A stretch of DNA of 64,000 nt from Thermoanaerobaculia bacterium (GCA_963719225.1 CAVRAY010000001.1:1824001-1888000), one strand, 5' to 3'. Positions 8,488 to 18,097 are shown, numbered from the stretch's first letter. Notes: generated by a model not told the origin, from the letters alone. Program-made: numbers and translations.

Positions 8488-10008
8488 GTGGCTCGCGTCA
8501 TCGAACTGGACGGGGACTCTCTCTCACTCGAAGATCTTTACGCCGTGTCCCGCGGCGAGATGTCCGCGGCGCTCGCGCCGCGCGCCGCGGCGCGCGTGGA
8601 TGCGGCGCGGGCCGTCGTCGATCGTGCGGTCGCGGAGAACCGCGTCGTCTACGGCGTCACGACGGGTTTCGGGAAGTTCGCCGACGTCGTCATTCCGAGG
8701 GAGAAGCTCGGGCCCCTTCAGCTGAACCTCGTGCGCAGCCACGCGGCCGGGACGGGCGCGCCGCTTTCCGCTCAGGCCGTCCGGGCGGTCATGCTGCTGC
8801 GCGCGAACTGCCTCGCGAAGGGTTTCTCCGGCGTCCGCAGGCAGACACTCGAGCTTCTCCTCGCGTGCCTCGCGAAGGGAATCCATCCCGTCATTCCCGA
8901 GCAAGGCTCGGTCGGCGCGTCGGGAGACCTCGCGCCTCTCGCGCATCTGGCGCTCGCGCTCGTCGGAGAGGGGGAAGCGGACCGGGACGGAAGACGCCTG
9001 CCGGCCGCGGAGGCGCTCCGGGCGGCGGGCCTCGAACCGGCCGTGCTCGAGGCGAAGGAAGGGCTCGCGCTCATCAACGGCACGCAGCTCACGACGGCGA
9101 TCGGCGCGCTCGCGCTCCATCGCACGCTGCGGCTTCTCAAGGCCGCCGATCTCGTCGCCGCGCTCACGCTGGACTGCCTGAAGGGCACCGACGCCGCGTT
9201 CGACCCGCGCATACACGCGGCCCGCCCGCATCCCGGACAGGTCGCGTCGGCGGAGAATCTCCGTACGCTCCTCGCGAACTCGCCGCTCCGCGAGAGCCAC
9301 CGCGACTGCGGCCTCGTGCAGGACGCCTATGCGCTCCGATGCATCCCGCAGGTCCACGGCGCGGCGCGCGACGCCGCGGCGCACGCGCGGCGCGTGATCG
9401 AAATCGAGATGAACGCCGCGACCGACAACCCGATGGTCTTCGCCGAGACGGGCACTCTCGTCTCGGGGGGGAACTTCCACGCGGCGCCCGTCGCGCTCGT
9501 GTGCGACCTGCTCACGACTTCCGCGGCCGACATGGCGTCGCTTTCGGAGCGCCGGACGGAGCGGCTCGTGAATCCCGCTCTTTCCGGGGACCTGCCGGCG
9601 TTTCTCACGCGCGACGGCGGCCTGAACTCCGGACTCATGATGATTCACGTCACCGCCGCCTCGCTCGTGTCCGAGGCGAAGTCGAGCTCCTTCCCGGCCT
9701 CCGTGGACTCGATCCCGACGTCGGCCGGAAAGGAAGACCACGTCTCGATGGGCCCGATCGCTGCCCGAAAGTTCGCGAAGAACGTCGACCTCTTCGAGAC
9801 CGTCCTCGCGATCGAGCTCCTCGCGGCGGCTCAGGCGCTGGACCTCAGGCGCCCGCTGAGGACCTCGGCGACGCTCGAGGAGCTGCATCGCCTCGTGCGC
9901 GCCCGCGTGCCCTTCTGGGACACCGATCGCCACGCGGCTCCCGCGATCGAAGGTGCGCGGGCCGTTCTGGCCGGCGACCTCGACGCCCTTCTCGCGCCGC
10001 TCCTCTGA
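8488..10008 (+). CDS. hutH: Histidine ammonia-lyase
   Basis: VYGVTTGFG, SHAAG, MIO-forming GSVGASGDLAPLAH, KEGLALING, QDAYALRC, SGGNFH and EDHVSM. Confidence 0.97.
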   Translation: MARVIELDGDSLSLEDLYAVSRGEMSAALAPRAAARVDAARAVVDRAVAENRVVYGVTTGFGKFADVVIPREKLGPLQLNLVRSHAAGTGAPLSAQAVRAVMLLRANCLAKGFSGVRRQTLELLLACLAKGIHPVIPEQGSVGASGDLAPLAHLALALVGEGEADRDGRRLPAAEALRAAGLEPAVLEAKEGLALINGTQLTTAIGALALHRTLRLLKAADLVAALTLDCLKGTDAAFDPRIHAARPHPGQVASAENLRTLLANSPLRESHRDCGLVQDAYALRCIPQVHGAARDAAAHARRVIEIEMNAATDNPMVFAETGTLVSGGNFHAAPVALVCDLLTTSAADMASLSERRTERLVNPALSGDLPAFLTRDGGLNSGLMMIHVTAASLVSEAKSSSFPASVDSIPTSAGKEDHVSMGPIAARKFAKNVDLFETVLAIELLAAAQALDLRRPLRTSATLEELHRLVRARVPFWDTDRHAAPAIEGARAVLAGDLDALLAPLL

Positions 10009-10009
10009 C

Positions 10010-10798
10010 TCAAGCGCCCGAGCTGGTTGCCGCGAGGTAGCGGCGTGGAGTCGAGCCGAGCTCGCGCCTGAACATCGCGATGAAGGCGCTCGGGCTGTCG
10101 TAGCCCACCTCGAACGCAACGTTCGTCACTTTCTTCCCCTCGGCCATCAGCTCGACTGCCCGGGCCAGGCGCGCGCGCTGCCGCCATTTTTCGAACGTGA
10201 GGCCGGTTTCGGAGAGGAAGAGGCGCTGCAGGGTACGCGCGCTCGCGCCGGCCGAGCGGCCGACCCGTTCGAGCGGTTGACGCGTGCCGGTGCCCGTGGA
10301 GACGAAACGCGCCGCCCGCAGGGCGCGCGGGTCCCGAGGCAGCGGGAGCTGCAGCGGCACGACCTCGATGGCGCGGAGCTGATCCAGGAGGAGCGCGACC
10401 GCGCGCGCGTCGGAAACCAGAAAGGGGTCGAGCGCCGCAGCCTTCGACACGTACAGGATGAGCTCCCGAAGGAGCGCCGACACGTTCATCACGCGGCATT
10501 GACGGGGCAGGCGCCGGGAGAGGGGCGGCCGGAAGTAGAGGACCCGGAGGCTTCCGCCCGCCTTGATCTCCACGCGATGCCGAACGCCCGAGGGGATCCA
10601 CAGGGCGCGGTGCGGCGGGACCATCCACTCGACGAGGCGTGTCGTGACGCGCACGCCGCCGCGAGATGCGTATACGAGTCTGTCCCAGTCGCTCACGAGA
10701 TCGTTCAGCGCGCCGCCGGTCGGAAACGAGACGGACATGCAACGGATGGGAGGCTCGCCCTCTGCGACGCGAAACCCGGTCTGACGTGTTCTCGACAT
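10010..10798 (-). CDS. AraC family transcriptional regulator
   Basis: Cupin-like N-terminus (WMVPPHRALWIPSG) and C-terminal HTH pair (SARTLQRLF...VAFEVGYDSPSAFIAMFRRELG). Start at ATG 10798 assumed. Confidence 0.92.
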   Translation of the reverse strand: MSRTRQTGFRVAEGEPPIRCMSVSFPTGGALNDLVSDWDRLVYASRGGVRVTTRLVEWMVPPHRALWIPSGVRHRVEIKAGGSLRVLYFRPPLSRRLPRQCRVMNVSALLRELILYVSKAAALDPFLVSDARAVALLLDQLRAIEVVPLQLPLPRDPRALRAARFVSTGTGTRQPLERVGRSAGASARTLQRLFLSETGLTFEKWRQRARLARAVELMAEGKKVTNVAFEVGYDSPSAFIAMFRRELGSTPRRYLAATSSGA

Positions 10799-10865
10799 TA
10801 TCTGACACTTTAGCGCAAGCCTGACGGCGCTCCAGTGCGTATCTTTCGCGGGGCAGGAGGTCACG

Positions 10866-11426
10866 ATGGTCGCTCTGACGTCCCTCTGGAGCCCGATTCT
10901 CGTGTCGGCGGTCCTGGTCTTCGTGGCGAGCTCGATCAGCCATACGGTGCTGAATTTTCACGGCTCCGACTACCGCCGGCTTCCCGTCGAAGCCGAGATC
11001 ATGGAGCTCCTCGGAAAGCACGGAGTTTCACCGGGCGATTACCTCTTCCCGCGTCCCGCGAGTCGCGCCGAGATGAAGGAGCCATCCTTCCAGGAGAAAT
11101 GGAAGAAGGGCCCGGCGGGTCTCATGACGCTCCTGCCGGCCGGAGGGAATCCGATGGGCCGCACGTTCGCCCTGTGGTTCCTGTACTGCGCGGTGATCGC
11201 AGTCTTCGCGGGGTACGCCGCCGGCCAGGCCCTTCCGCCCGGCGCGAGCAGAGTCGCCGTGGTCCGCCTCGTCGCCGTCACCGCCTTTGCAGGTTACGCG
11301 CTCGCGCTCTGGCAGGATTCGATCTGGTACGGGCGATCCTTCGTGACCGTGCTGAAATTCACGGCCGACGCCGTCGCCTATGCTCTCCTGACCGGCGGGA
11401 CGTTCGGCTGGCTGTGGCCGAAGTGA
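10866..11426 (+). CDS. Integral membrane protein of unknown function
   Basis: AGGAGG RBS and about 4 hydrophobic helices; divergent from the AraC gene. Confidence 0.8.
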   Translation: MVALTSLWSPILVSAVLVFVASSISHTVLNFHGSDYRRLPVEAEIMELLGKHGVSPGDYLFPRPASRAEMKEPSFQEKWKKGPAGLMTLLPAGGNPMGRTFALWFLYCAVIAVFAGYAAGQALPPGASRVAVVRLVAVTAFAGYALALWQDSIWYGRSFVTVLKFTADAVAYALLTGGTFGWLWPK

Positions 11427-11433
11427 GGGAAAC

Positions 11434-11814
11434 ATGGCAGCGCCCCTGAGACACTTTGCGATCAATGCGGACGACGTCGCGCGGGCGCGCCGCTTCTACG
11501 AGGAGAGCCTCGGCTGGACGTTCCGGCCGTGGGGACCTCCCGGCTTCTACATGGTGGACATGGGCCTGCCCGGAGATCCGGTCCAGGGTTCGCTGCAGAA
11601 GCGCCGCGAGCTCGAGCCGGGCTTGAAGCTCCGCGGCTTCGAATGCACCTTCGCGGTCGACGACGTCGGGAAGGTCGCGGCCGCGGTTCTCGCGAACGGA
11701 GGCCGCGTCCTGATGGATCGCACCATCCTTCCGGGAATCGGCGAGCTCATCTTCTTTCAGGACACGGAAGGCAACGTCGCGGGCGCGATGCGGTACGACG
11801 CGAAAGCGGAGTAG
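11434..11814 (+). CDS. VOC/glyoxalase family protein
   Basis: HFAINADDVARARRFY...GWTF, FAVDDV and FQDTEGN. Confidence 0.9.
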   Translation: MAAPLRHFAINADDVARARRFYEESLGWTFRPWGPPGFYMVDMGLPGDPVQGSLQKRRELEPGLKLRGFECTFAVDDVGKVAAAVLANGGRVLMDRTILPGIGELIFFQDTEGNVAGAMRYDAKAE

Positions 11815-11823
11815 GCCCCGCCT

Positions 11824-13794
11824 TCAGCTCACGAGCGCCGACGCCAGCGCGCCGGGCAGCTCGTCCGTAGGCACGTCCAGCTCCGGAAGGGCGAGCGCGG
11901 GAAGCGCGGCGAGCGCCCGGGAAAGCCTCGTCGCAGCCGTCTGGCGCTCTGTCACGCGGTTCAGGATGAGGCCGGGCGCGGCGCCGCGGCGGGCGAGGCC
12001 GGCAGCGAGCTCCGCCGAGGTCGCGAGAGCCGAGAAGTCCATCGTCGTCGCGACGAGGAACCGGCCCCCCGACAGGAGCTTCGCCGCCTCGCGGCTCCTC
12101 TCCTTGAATCCGTCGTAGAGGCCGTCGAAAGCCCGGAAGAAGTCGGCGAGGTCCGCGAGAAAGCCGAGGCCCAGGACGCGGTCCGCGGCACGCAGCAGGG
12201 CCGCGCCGCCGCGCGACGCCTCGGAAAGAGCGCGACCGAAGAAGCCGTCGCGCCGCAGGAAGAACCGCAGGGCGTCGTTCTCGAGGAGCGTGACCATCCG
12301 CTCGGGCGCCGAGAGGAAATCGAGGCCGCGCGCCGCGGGAGGCGTGTCGAGGACGAGGAGGTCGACGTCTGGATCGGCCGCGTGCTCGTGCAGCGCCTCG
12401 ACTCCCATGTACTCGAGGACGCCCGGTAACGAATCCACGAGCCCGGAATAGAGCCGGTTCTCGTGAATCCGATCGAATGTCTCGCGGTTCGCCGTGCGCC
12501 GGAGAAGGCGCTCGAACGTGGCTTTCGGGTCGATCTGGAGCGCGAGAAGTCGTCCCCCCTTCGGGAGGCCGGGGACGTTCACCTCGGTGGGGCGGGTGGA
12601 GCGCGCGTCCCGGGCGGAAAGGCCCAGGGCCTGAGCCAGGCGGCGGGCGGGATCGACGGTGAGGACGAGGGCGCTCCGCCCGCGGCGCGCGGCCGCCAGG
12701 CCGAGAGCGGCCGCGAGCGTCGTCTTCCCGACGCCCCCCGGTCCGGTGAGGACGATCAGCTTCTCCCGGTCGAGCGCGGGAATCAGATCCAGAGTCTTCG
12801 ACCCGGGGAAAGGAGACGAGAGAAATTCTTTGCTTTCCCGAGCGGAGGCGCGGACGGTGCGCTTCGGGCGGCCTTCCCGCGTTGGCTCTGCCGCATTTTC
12901 TTCGAAGGTGCTGAGGAACGCGGAAAAAAACCGCGAAGCCTGCGCGGCGACCTGGCCGTTTCTCTCGTTCTCCTCTTCCTCTTCACCTTTCAAGGAATCT
13001 TTTCGGTGCTCTTCGGACGTTTCAACGTCGATCTCCGGAACCTCGATCAGAAGGATCGTCGTGTCCCTCTTGAGCAGAATCTCTTCTCTTCCTCCTCGTC
13101 CGACCCGATTGAGGACGACGAGAGCGGTCGTCAGATCCGCCTTCTCGCGAGCGCCGGCGATGAGCTCCTCGGTCTCCTTCGCCGCGAAGTCCTCGGGCTC
13201 GGACACCACGACGAGCGCGGCGTCCTTCGGATCGGAAAGAAGCGTGTCGAGCCATTCGGCCAGCTTCCGCACGGGCCCCGCGGGGACCGTGCCGAGCAGG
13301 GTGCGGGGGAGGGCGACGAGGGAGAGCGCATGTCCGGTCGCCGGGGCGTCCAGGACGACGAGGTCGACTTTCGGCGCGCCTCGCGACGCCTTTTTCCGTT
13401 TGAAGATTTCGCGGATCTTCCCCAGGAGAAGGAGGTCGGGGAGGCCCGGCGTCGCTCGCGTGAAGAACCGGAATGCGGGGACTGCGAGAAGCCGGTCGCC
13501 GAGGATCTTGACCGGCGACACGGACTCCACGAAGTCGGCGAGGAGGGCGTCGAAGTCCGCCGTGAGGCCGTGAAGGCGCGGGGCCAGCTCCATCTCGCGG
13601 TAGCCGGCGTGGCGCTTCCCGAAGAGGGTCGCGGCATCGCCGCGGCCGTCCGTGGAGACGAGAAGCACCGTCCGTCCGGCGTCCGCGGCCAGCTTCGCGA
13701 GCGTGGCCGCGACCGTCGTCTTCCCGACGCCTCCCTTGCCGGAGACCACGAGAAGGCGCCGGGAGAACAGAGTCTCGAAAATGGGCGATCGCAC
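11824..13794 (-). CDS. Fused double-domain ArsA/Get3-related ATPase
   Basis: Domain 1 has SGKGGVGKTT and LDAPATGH; domain 2 has TGPGGVGKTT, TVDPARRLAQALG and LDTPP. They are joined by a charged linker. Start GTG 13794 assumed. Confidence 0.85.
   Translation of the reverse strand: MRSPIFETLFSRRLLVVSGKGGVGKTTVAATLAKLAADAGRTVLLVSTDGRGDAATLFGKRHAGYREMELAPRLHGLTADFDALLADFVESVSPVKILGDRLLAVPAFRFFTRATPGLPDLLLLGKIREIFKRKKASRGAPKVDLVVLDAPATGHALSLVALPRTLLGTVPAGPVRKLAEWLDTLLSDPKDAALVVVSEPEDFAAKETEELIAGAREKADLTTALVVLNRVGRGGREEILLKRDTTILLIEVPEIDVETSEEHRKDSLKGEEEEENERNGQVAAQASRFFSAFLSTFEENAAEPTREGRPKRTVRASARESKEFLSSPFPGSKTLDLIPALDREKLIVLTGPGGVGKTTLAAALGLAAARRGRSALVLTVDPARRLAQALGLSARDARSTRPTEVNVPGLPKGGRLLALQIDPKATFERLLRRTANRETFDRIHENRLYSGLVDSLPGVLEYMGVEALHEHAADPDVDLLVLDTPPAARGLDFLSAPERMVTLLENDALRFFLRRDGFFGRALSEASRGGAALLRAADRVLGLGFLADLADFFRAFDGLYDGFKERSREAAKLLSGGRFLVATTMDFSALATSAELAAGLARRGAAPGLILNRVTERQTAATRLSRALAALPALALPELDVPTDELPGALASALVS
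12895..13090. repeat. Cluster B of the dispersed motif, inside the ArsA-like gene near the interdomain linker
   Basis: Forward ATTTTCTTCGAAGGTG at 12895-12910; reverse AGATTCCTTGAAAGGTGAAGAG at 13000-12979; reverse AAGAGAAGAGATTCTGCTCAAGAGGGA at 13090-13064. Confidence 0.65.
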
Positions 13795-13805
13795 GCGCGC
13801 GAAGC

Positions 13806-14246
13806 CTATGCGAGAAGGTGCGTGAGACCTTCCGCTTTCAGGATCGCCACCCACTTCTTGTGGAAGGGCGCAACGATCGGAAGGAGGTCGAGCACTCTGG
13901 CGAGATCTCCGGTCTCGACGATGATGATCTTCCTCGCGATCGCGAGCGGAATGTTCTCCTTGCCCTGAAAGTACCGGTTCGCGACGCTCGAGGTCATCGT
14001 CATGCTGACGACGGGCTCCCAGGTGCGTCTCGCGTCGCCCCAGACCCACGTCAGGTTCCGGCCCTTCTTCGCGGTCTTTCCGTCAGCGTGGGTCACGTTC
14101 AGGACGAGCCCGGCGTCCGTGAAGACGAACCGCTGCGGCGTCTTCGTCGCGGCGAGCTTCGGGCCGATCTCGGGGTCCGACGCGAGCGCCAGAAAGAGGC
14201 GGTCGAAGACCTTCCGGAACTCTTCCTTCCCTCGAAATGGCGTCAT
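13806..14246 (-). CDS. SCP2 (sterol carrier protein 2)-like lipid-binding protein
   Basis: Start ATG 14246 (MTPFRGKEEF). C-terminal pattern VSMTMTSSVANRYFQGKENIPLAIARKIIIVETGD matches SCP2 domains. Confidence 0.7.
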   Translation of the reverse strand: MTPFRGKEEFRKVFDRLFLALASDPEIGPKLAATKTPQRFVFTDAGLVLNVTHADGKTAKKGRNLTWVWGDARRTWEPVVSMTMTSSVANRYFQGKENIPLAIARKIIIVETGDLARVLDLLPIVAPFHKKWVAILKAEGLTHLLA

Positions 14247-14301
14247 AATCGAGGACTCTAGCAGGAGGCTGCGCGCACCGGGCCTCCGTGAAAGGGATCG
14301 C

Positions 14302-14598
14302 ATGTCCGACTCACTCTTCGACCAGCTCAAGGCCCGAGGCGAGGGATTCCTCACCGAGATCTCGAACAACCTGATGGCGAATCCCGCCTTCATCGAGGTC
14401 CTGAAGAAAGGCATCGCCGTCAAGGAAGAGGTCGACAAGCGCGTGGCCGAGACCCTGAAGGCCATGAGCGTGGCGACGCGCAAGGACGTCACGAAGCTCG
14501 AGAAGCGCCTCGAGGAGCTTCAGGCGGAGCTCGATGCCTTGAAGGCGAAAGCGGCGGCGAAGCCACGGGCGCGCAAGGCCTCCGGACGGAAGGGATAG
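14302..14598 (+). CDS. Phasin-like / PHA-granule-associated small protein
   Basis: MSDSLFDQLK...LKAMSVATRKDVTKLEKRLEELQAEL matches the phasin-type xATRxDxxxLxxRL coiled-coil motif; Lys/Ala-rich tail. Confidence 0.65.
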   Translation: MSDSLFDQLKARGEGFLTEISNNLMANPAFIEVLKKGIAVKEEVDKRVAETLKAMSVATRKDVTKLEKRLEELQAELDALKAKAAAKPRARKASGRKG

Positions 14599-14605
14599 GC
14601 CCGCG

Positions 14606-15766
14606 GTGGCGGCGAAAGCCGACGTAAAGGCCCCGCGTACGCGCCGGAACGGCGCCGGCGGTCGCGTCGTTCGCTTCCCGAAGGTCGCGGAGGCGGCCGA
14701 GAAGAGGCTCAAGGTCGTCGTCACCGGCGGCAGCGGCTTTTTCGGAGAGCGCCTCGTGCGTGCGCTGTTCGCGCGGCCCGACCGTGAGGTCGTGGTTTTC
14801 GACCTCGTGCCTCCGGCGGACATGCCGGAGGTGAGACATCGCTTCCTCGACCTGAACCTGCCCTTCGCCGACGGGACGCTCTTCAAGCTTTTGAAGGAGG
14901 AGAGGCCCGATGCGATCGTCCACCTCGCGCAGCTGCGCAGCCCGTCGCGCCAGACCACCTACGCGCACGAGCTGAACGCCATCGGCGCGCTCCACGTCTT
15001 TGCGGCTTCGGGGGAGGCGAAGGTCCCGCGCATCCTGCTCGGCTCGACGTCTCTCGTCTACGGCGCGCGAGGCGACAACCCGAACTTCCTCTCGGAGGAG
15101 CACCCGCTCCGGCCGGATCCTCAGGATCGCTTCGTGGGCGACTTCGTCGAGGCCGAGAGCCACGCCCGTACCCACGTGCGCCGCCATCCGGAGTCCCGCG
15201 TGCAGATCCTGCGGTTCGTACCGCTCCTTTCACCCGACGTGCGCGATTACCGGGCCCGGCTCTTCGCGACCCCGTTCTCGTGGCAGCTCCTCGGGTACGA
15301 CCCGCTCGTGCAGGCGCTGCACCCGGACGACGCCGTGGACGCGCTCGTGCGGGCGCTCGACCGGCCGGAAGCGCAGGGGGTCTTCAACGTCGGACCCGAC
15401 GGCGTCGTGCCTCTGTCCACGGTGCGCCTGCTCTTCGGCTCGCTCGGAGTGCCTGTTCCTCACCCGCTCGGCTACGCGCTCTACGAGGCCGCGTGGCTCG
15501 CGGGAGTGGGGCTGATGCCGGGCGTCCACGCGCACTATCTCCGCTATTCCTGCGTCGTGGATGGCGAGAAAGCCCGCCGCGTGCTGGGTTTCTCGGCGAG
15601 GCACTCGACGCTCGAGGTGGTCCTCGAGACGGCACGCGCGCGGTTCGGGGCGGGACGGCTCGTGGACTTCGACGCGGTCGCCGACGCGGCCCGCTCGGCG
15701 CGCTATGCCTCCGAACAGCGCGTCCGTCCCCGGCCGCGGGCGCGTGTCCAGGGAGCCGCCTCGTGA
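14606..15766 (+). CDS. NAD-dependent epimerase/dehydratase (extended SDR)
   Basis: VVVTGGSGFFG, IVHLA, STSLVYGA...NPNFLSEEHPL, QALHPDD and GVFNVG. Confidence 0.85.
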   Translation: MAAKADVKAPRTRRNGAGGRVVRFPKVAEAAEKRLKVVVTGGSGFFGERLVRALFARPDREVVVFDLVPPADMPEVRHRFLDLNLPFADGTLFKLLKEERPDAIVHLAQLRSPSRQTTYAHELNAIGALHVFAASGEAKVPRILLGSTSLVYGARGDNPNFLSEEHPLRPDPQDRFVGDFVEAESHARTHVRRHPESRVQILRFVPLLSPDVRDYRARLFATPFSWQLLGYDPLVQALHPDDAVDALVRALDRPEAQGVFNVGPDGVVPLSTVRLLFGSLGVPVPHPLGYALYEAAWLAGVGLMPGVHAHYLRYSCVVDGEKARRVLGFSARHSTLEVVLETARARFGAGRLVDFDAVADAARSARYASEQRVRPRPRARVQGAAS

Positions 15767-16758
15767 GCGCCCGCCGCCATCCGTCCCCGCACCCCGCTCC
15801 GGTCCTCTCCGAGCCCGCGCGCGACGCGGGCGCGACTCCCTCGCTCCTCCCGAAGAATCCGGAGGACCTGCAGCACCTGCTCCTGGGCGAGGCCGGCCGC
15901 TTCCTCGACACGCACCCGGAATTCAAGGGTCCGCGCGCTCTCGTGGACGTCTGGAACCTCTTCCGCAACCGGTCTCGCACGTTCCTGCTCGACGACTTCG
16001 GCTACGACGAGGTCGCGGCGAAACCGTGGGCCGAGCTGTTCGATTTCCTCTACACCGTGTGGTGGCGGGTCACGCTGAACGGAGTCGAGAACGTGCCGAA
16101 CACGGGCCGTGCGCTCCTCGTCGCAAACCACTCCGGGGTCCTGCCGTGGGACGGCGCGATGGTCAAGCGCGGGATCGCCCGCGAGCACCCGGCGCACCGC
16201 ACGGCGCGCATGCTCGTCCTCGACATGTTCACGACCTTGCCCTTCCTGCAGCCGTGGCTGCGCCACATGGGAGAGGTGCGCGCGTGCCCCGAGAACGGCT
16301 CACGGCTCCTCGAGCGCGACGAGCTCGTCGGTGTTTTTCCCGAGGGCGTCAAGGGCGTCGGCAAGCTCTTCCGCGACCGCTATCGCCTCGCGCGGTTCGG
16401 CCGCGGCGGTTTCGTGCGTCTCGCGCTGCAGACCGGATCTCCGATCATCCCGGTGGCGGTCGTGGGCGCCGAGGAGATCCACCCGAATCTCACGCGCATG
16501 GACTTCATCGGCAAGCCCCTCGGCCTGCCGTACTTTCCGCTCACCCCGACGTTTCCGCTGCTGGGCCCGCTCGGCGTCCTGCCGCTGCCGACGAAGTGGT
16601 GGATCGACATCGGTCGGCCGATCGCGTTCGATCACGGGCCCGAGGTCGCCGACCGTCCGATGATCGTGAACGAGCTCGCGGATCACGTCCGGTCGACGCT
16701 CCAGACGATGATCGACTCGCGCCTCGCGCGCCGCGGGAACCTGTTCACCGGGGAGTGA
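15763..16758 (+). CDS. PlsC-family (lysophospholipid) acyltransferase
   Basis: LLVANHSGVLPWDG, VFPEGVKG, FGRGGFVRLAL and PIIPVAVVGAEE. GTG at 15763 overlaps the upstream stop. Confidence 0.9.
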   Translation: MSARRHPSPHPAPVLSEPARDAGATPSLLPKNPEDLQHLLLGEAGRFLDTHPEFKGPRALVDVWNLFRNRSRTFLLDDFGYDEVAAKPWAELFDFLYTVWWRVTLNGVENVPNTGRALLVANHSGVLPWDGAMVKRGIAREHPAHRTARMLVLDMFTTLPFLQPWLRHMGEVRACPENGSRLLERDELVGVFPEGVKGVGKLFRDRYRLARFGRGGFVRLALQTGSPIIPVAVVGAEEIHPNLTRMDFIGKPLGLPYFPLTPTFPLLGPLGVLPLPTKWWIDIGRPIAFDHGPEVADRPMIVNELADHVRSTLQTMIDSRLARRGNLFTGE

Positions 16759-16779
16759 CGGCGGAGTTTCCGGGGCCTC

Positions 16780-18084
16780 TCAGGATCTCGTACGCGTTCC
16801 CGCGTCGAGCGACCAGCGCTCGAGGTCCGCTTCGAGCGCCGCGAGGGAAGCCGTCAGGCGCGTCGAGGTGGAGCCGCTCGCCCGGTCCGCGTGGAGCTTC
16901 ACGCGCGAGAGGTCGCGAGCGCAGGCGGGACGCAGGATGAGGCCGTGCTTCGCGAAGATCCGCTGGAACCTCCTGAAGTCGGAGTCGAGGAGCGCCATCG
17001 TCGAGCGGTAGGCGTACTCCGCGATGCGGATGCGCCCGGACGTGCGCATGATGTTGGTCATGTAGCGCGGCAGGTCCTCGGGCTTCGGCTCGAAGACGAG
17101 CACGTCGGCGTCGGGAGCCTCGCGCCGGTAGCGCGTGAGGCCGTACCGCAGGCGTGAGTGGAGCGTGACGCGGAAGACCTGATCGAGGATCGTCGGCAGG
17201 CCGCGGCTGCGCAGCGGGCCCGCTTCGTCGCCGCCGAGCCGCTTGACGGCGCCCTCGGGATGCGTGATGCGGACGGGGACGAGCGGGTTCACGCAGATCG
17301 TGAGGCCGCATCTCTCGCGAAGCGCGAGGGAGATGTGCGCCGTCTTCCGCACGCCGCCGTCGATGTAATCCGTACCGCCGATGCGGACGGGTCGGTAGAG
17401 GCCGGGGATCGCGCACGAGGCCGCGACGGCTTTGGAGATCGGCACGTCCTCGAAGCCCGGAGCGCCGAACTTCGCCGTCTCGCCCGTATCGAGGTCCACG
17501 GCGACGAGGCGAAGCGTCTTGCGCAGGCGGCGGAAGTCGTTCGTGCGACCTCCCTGGGTGAGCCACTTCTGCATCCAGGACTCGAGTCCCTGGTTGTGGA
17601 AGACGCCCGAAGGCAGGAGCTGCCCGAGGGATTGCACGAGATCCGTGAGCGTCGTCTCGCGGCGGTTCTTGTAGAAATCCCAGGCGGCGTCGAGGACCGT
17701 GAACGGGGCCGTCGCGAGGCGGGTCGCGATCTCGCCGAGGTTCAGGCCGAAGAGCGCGAGGTCGTCGATGTCCGTGCGCATGCCGGCCGAGCGCGTCACG
17801 TTCCGGAAGAGGACGCCGGGCGTGACGCCGTTCGCGAGGAGGGCCGAGATGTAGGCGCCCGCCGAAACGCCCACGAAGACGTCGAAATCGGTGATCGAGA
17901 CGTTCTCGAGCCGGTCGTCGAGGGCCGCGAGGGCGCCGATCTCGTAGATCGCGCCGGTGACCCCGCCGCCGGCGCATACGATGCCGAGGCGCTTCTTGAC
18001 GGGCGACGGAAACGGCCGGAAAGACTGCTCGGAAAGAAGTCCCGCGAGCGTCTCGGTCCCGGGCGGTTGGGGGCGGCCGGCCAT
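16780..18084 (-). CDS. Patatin-like phospholipase/lipase
   Basis: Oxyanion AGGGVTG, nucleophile GVSAG, AASCAIPG and catalytic YIDGG. Confidence 0.92.
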   Translation of the reverse strand: MAGRPQPPGTETLAGLLSEQSFRPFPSPVKKRLGIVCAGGGVTGAIYEIGALAALDDRLENVSITDFDVFVGVSAGAYISALLANGVTPGVLFRNVTRSAGMRTDIDDLALFGLNLGEIATRLATAPFTVLDAAWDFYKNRRETTLTDLVQSLGQLLPSGVFHNQGLESWMQKWLTQGGRTNDFRRLRKTLRLVAVDLDTGETAKFGAPGFEDVPISKAVAASCAIPGLYRPVRIGGTDYIDGGVRKTAHISLALRERCGLTICVNPLVPVRITHPEGAVKRLGGDEAGPLRSRGLPTILDQVFRVTLHSRLRYGLTRYRREAPDADVLVFEPKPEDLPRYMTNIMRTSGRIRIAEYAYRSTMALLDSDFRRFQRIFAKHGLILRPACARDLSRVKLHADRASGSTSTRLTASLAALEADLERWSLDAGTRTRS

Positions 18085-18097
18085 CTTGTTTTTCGTA

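Noticed and set aside
11824-13794. Arsenic-resistance ArsA
   Set aside because: No metalloid-binding Cys and no arsB/acr3/arsC/arsD/arsR nearby; the context is lipid storage.
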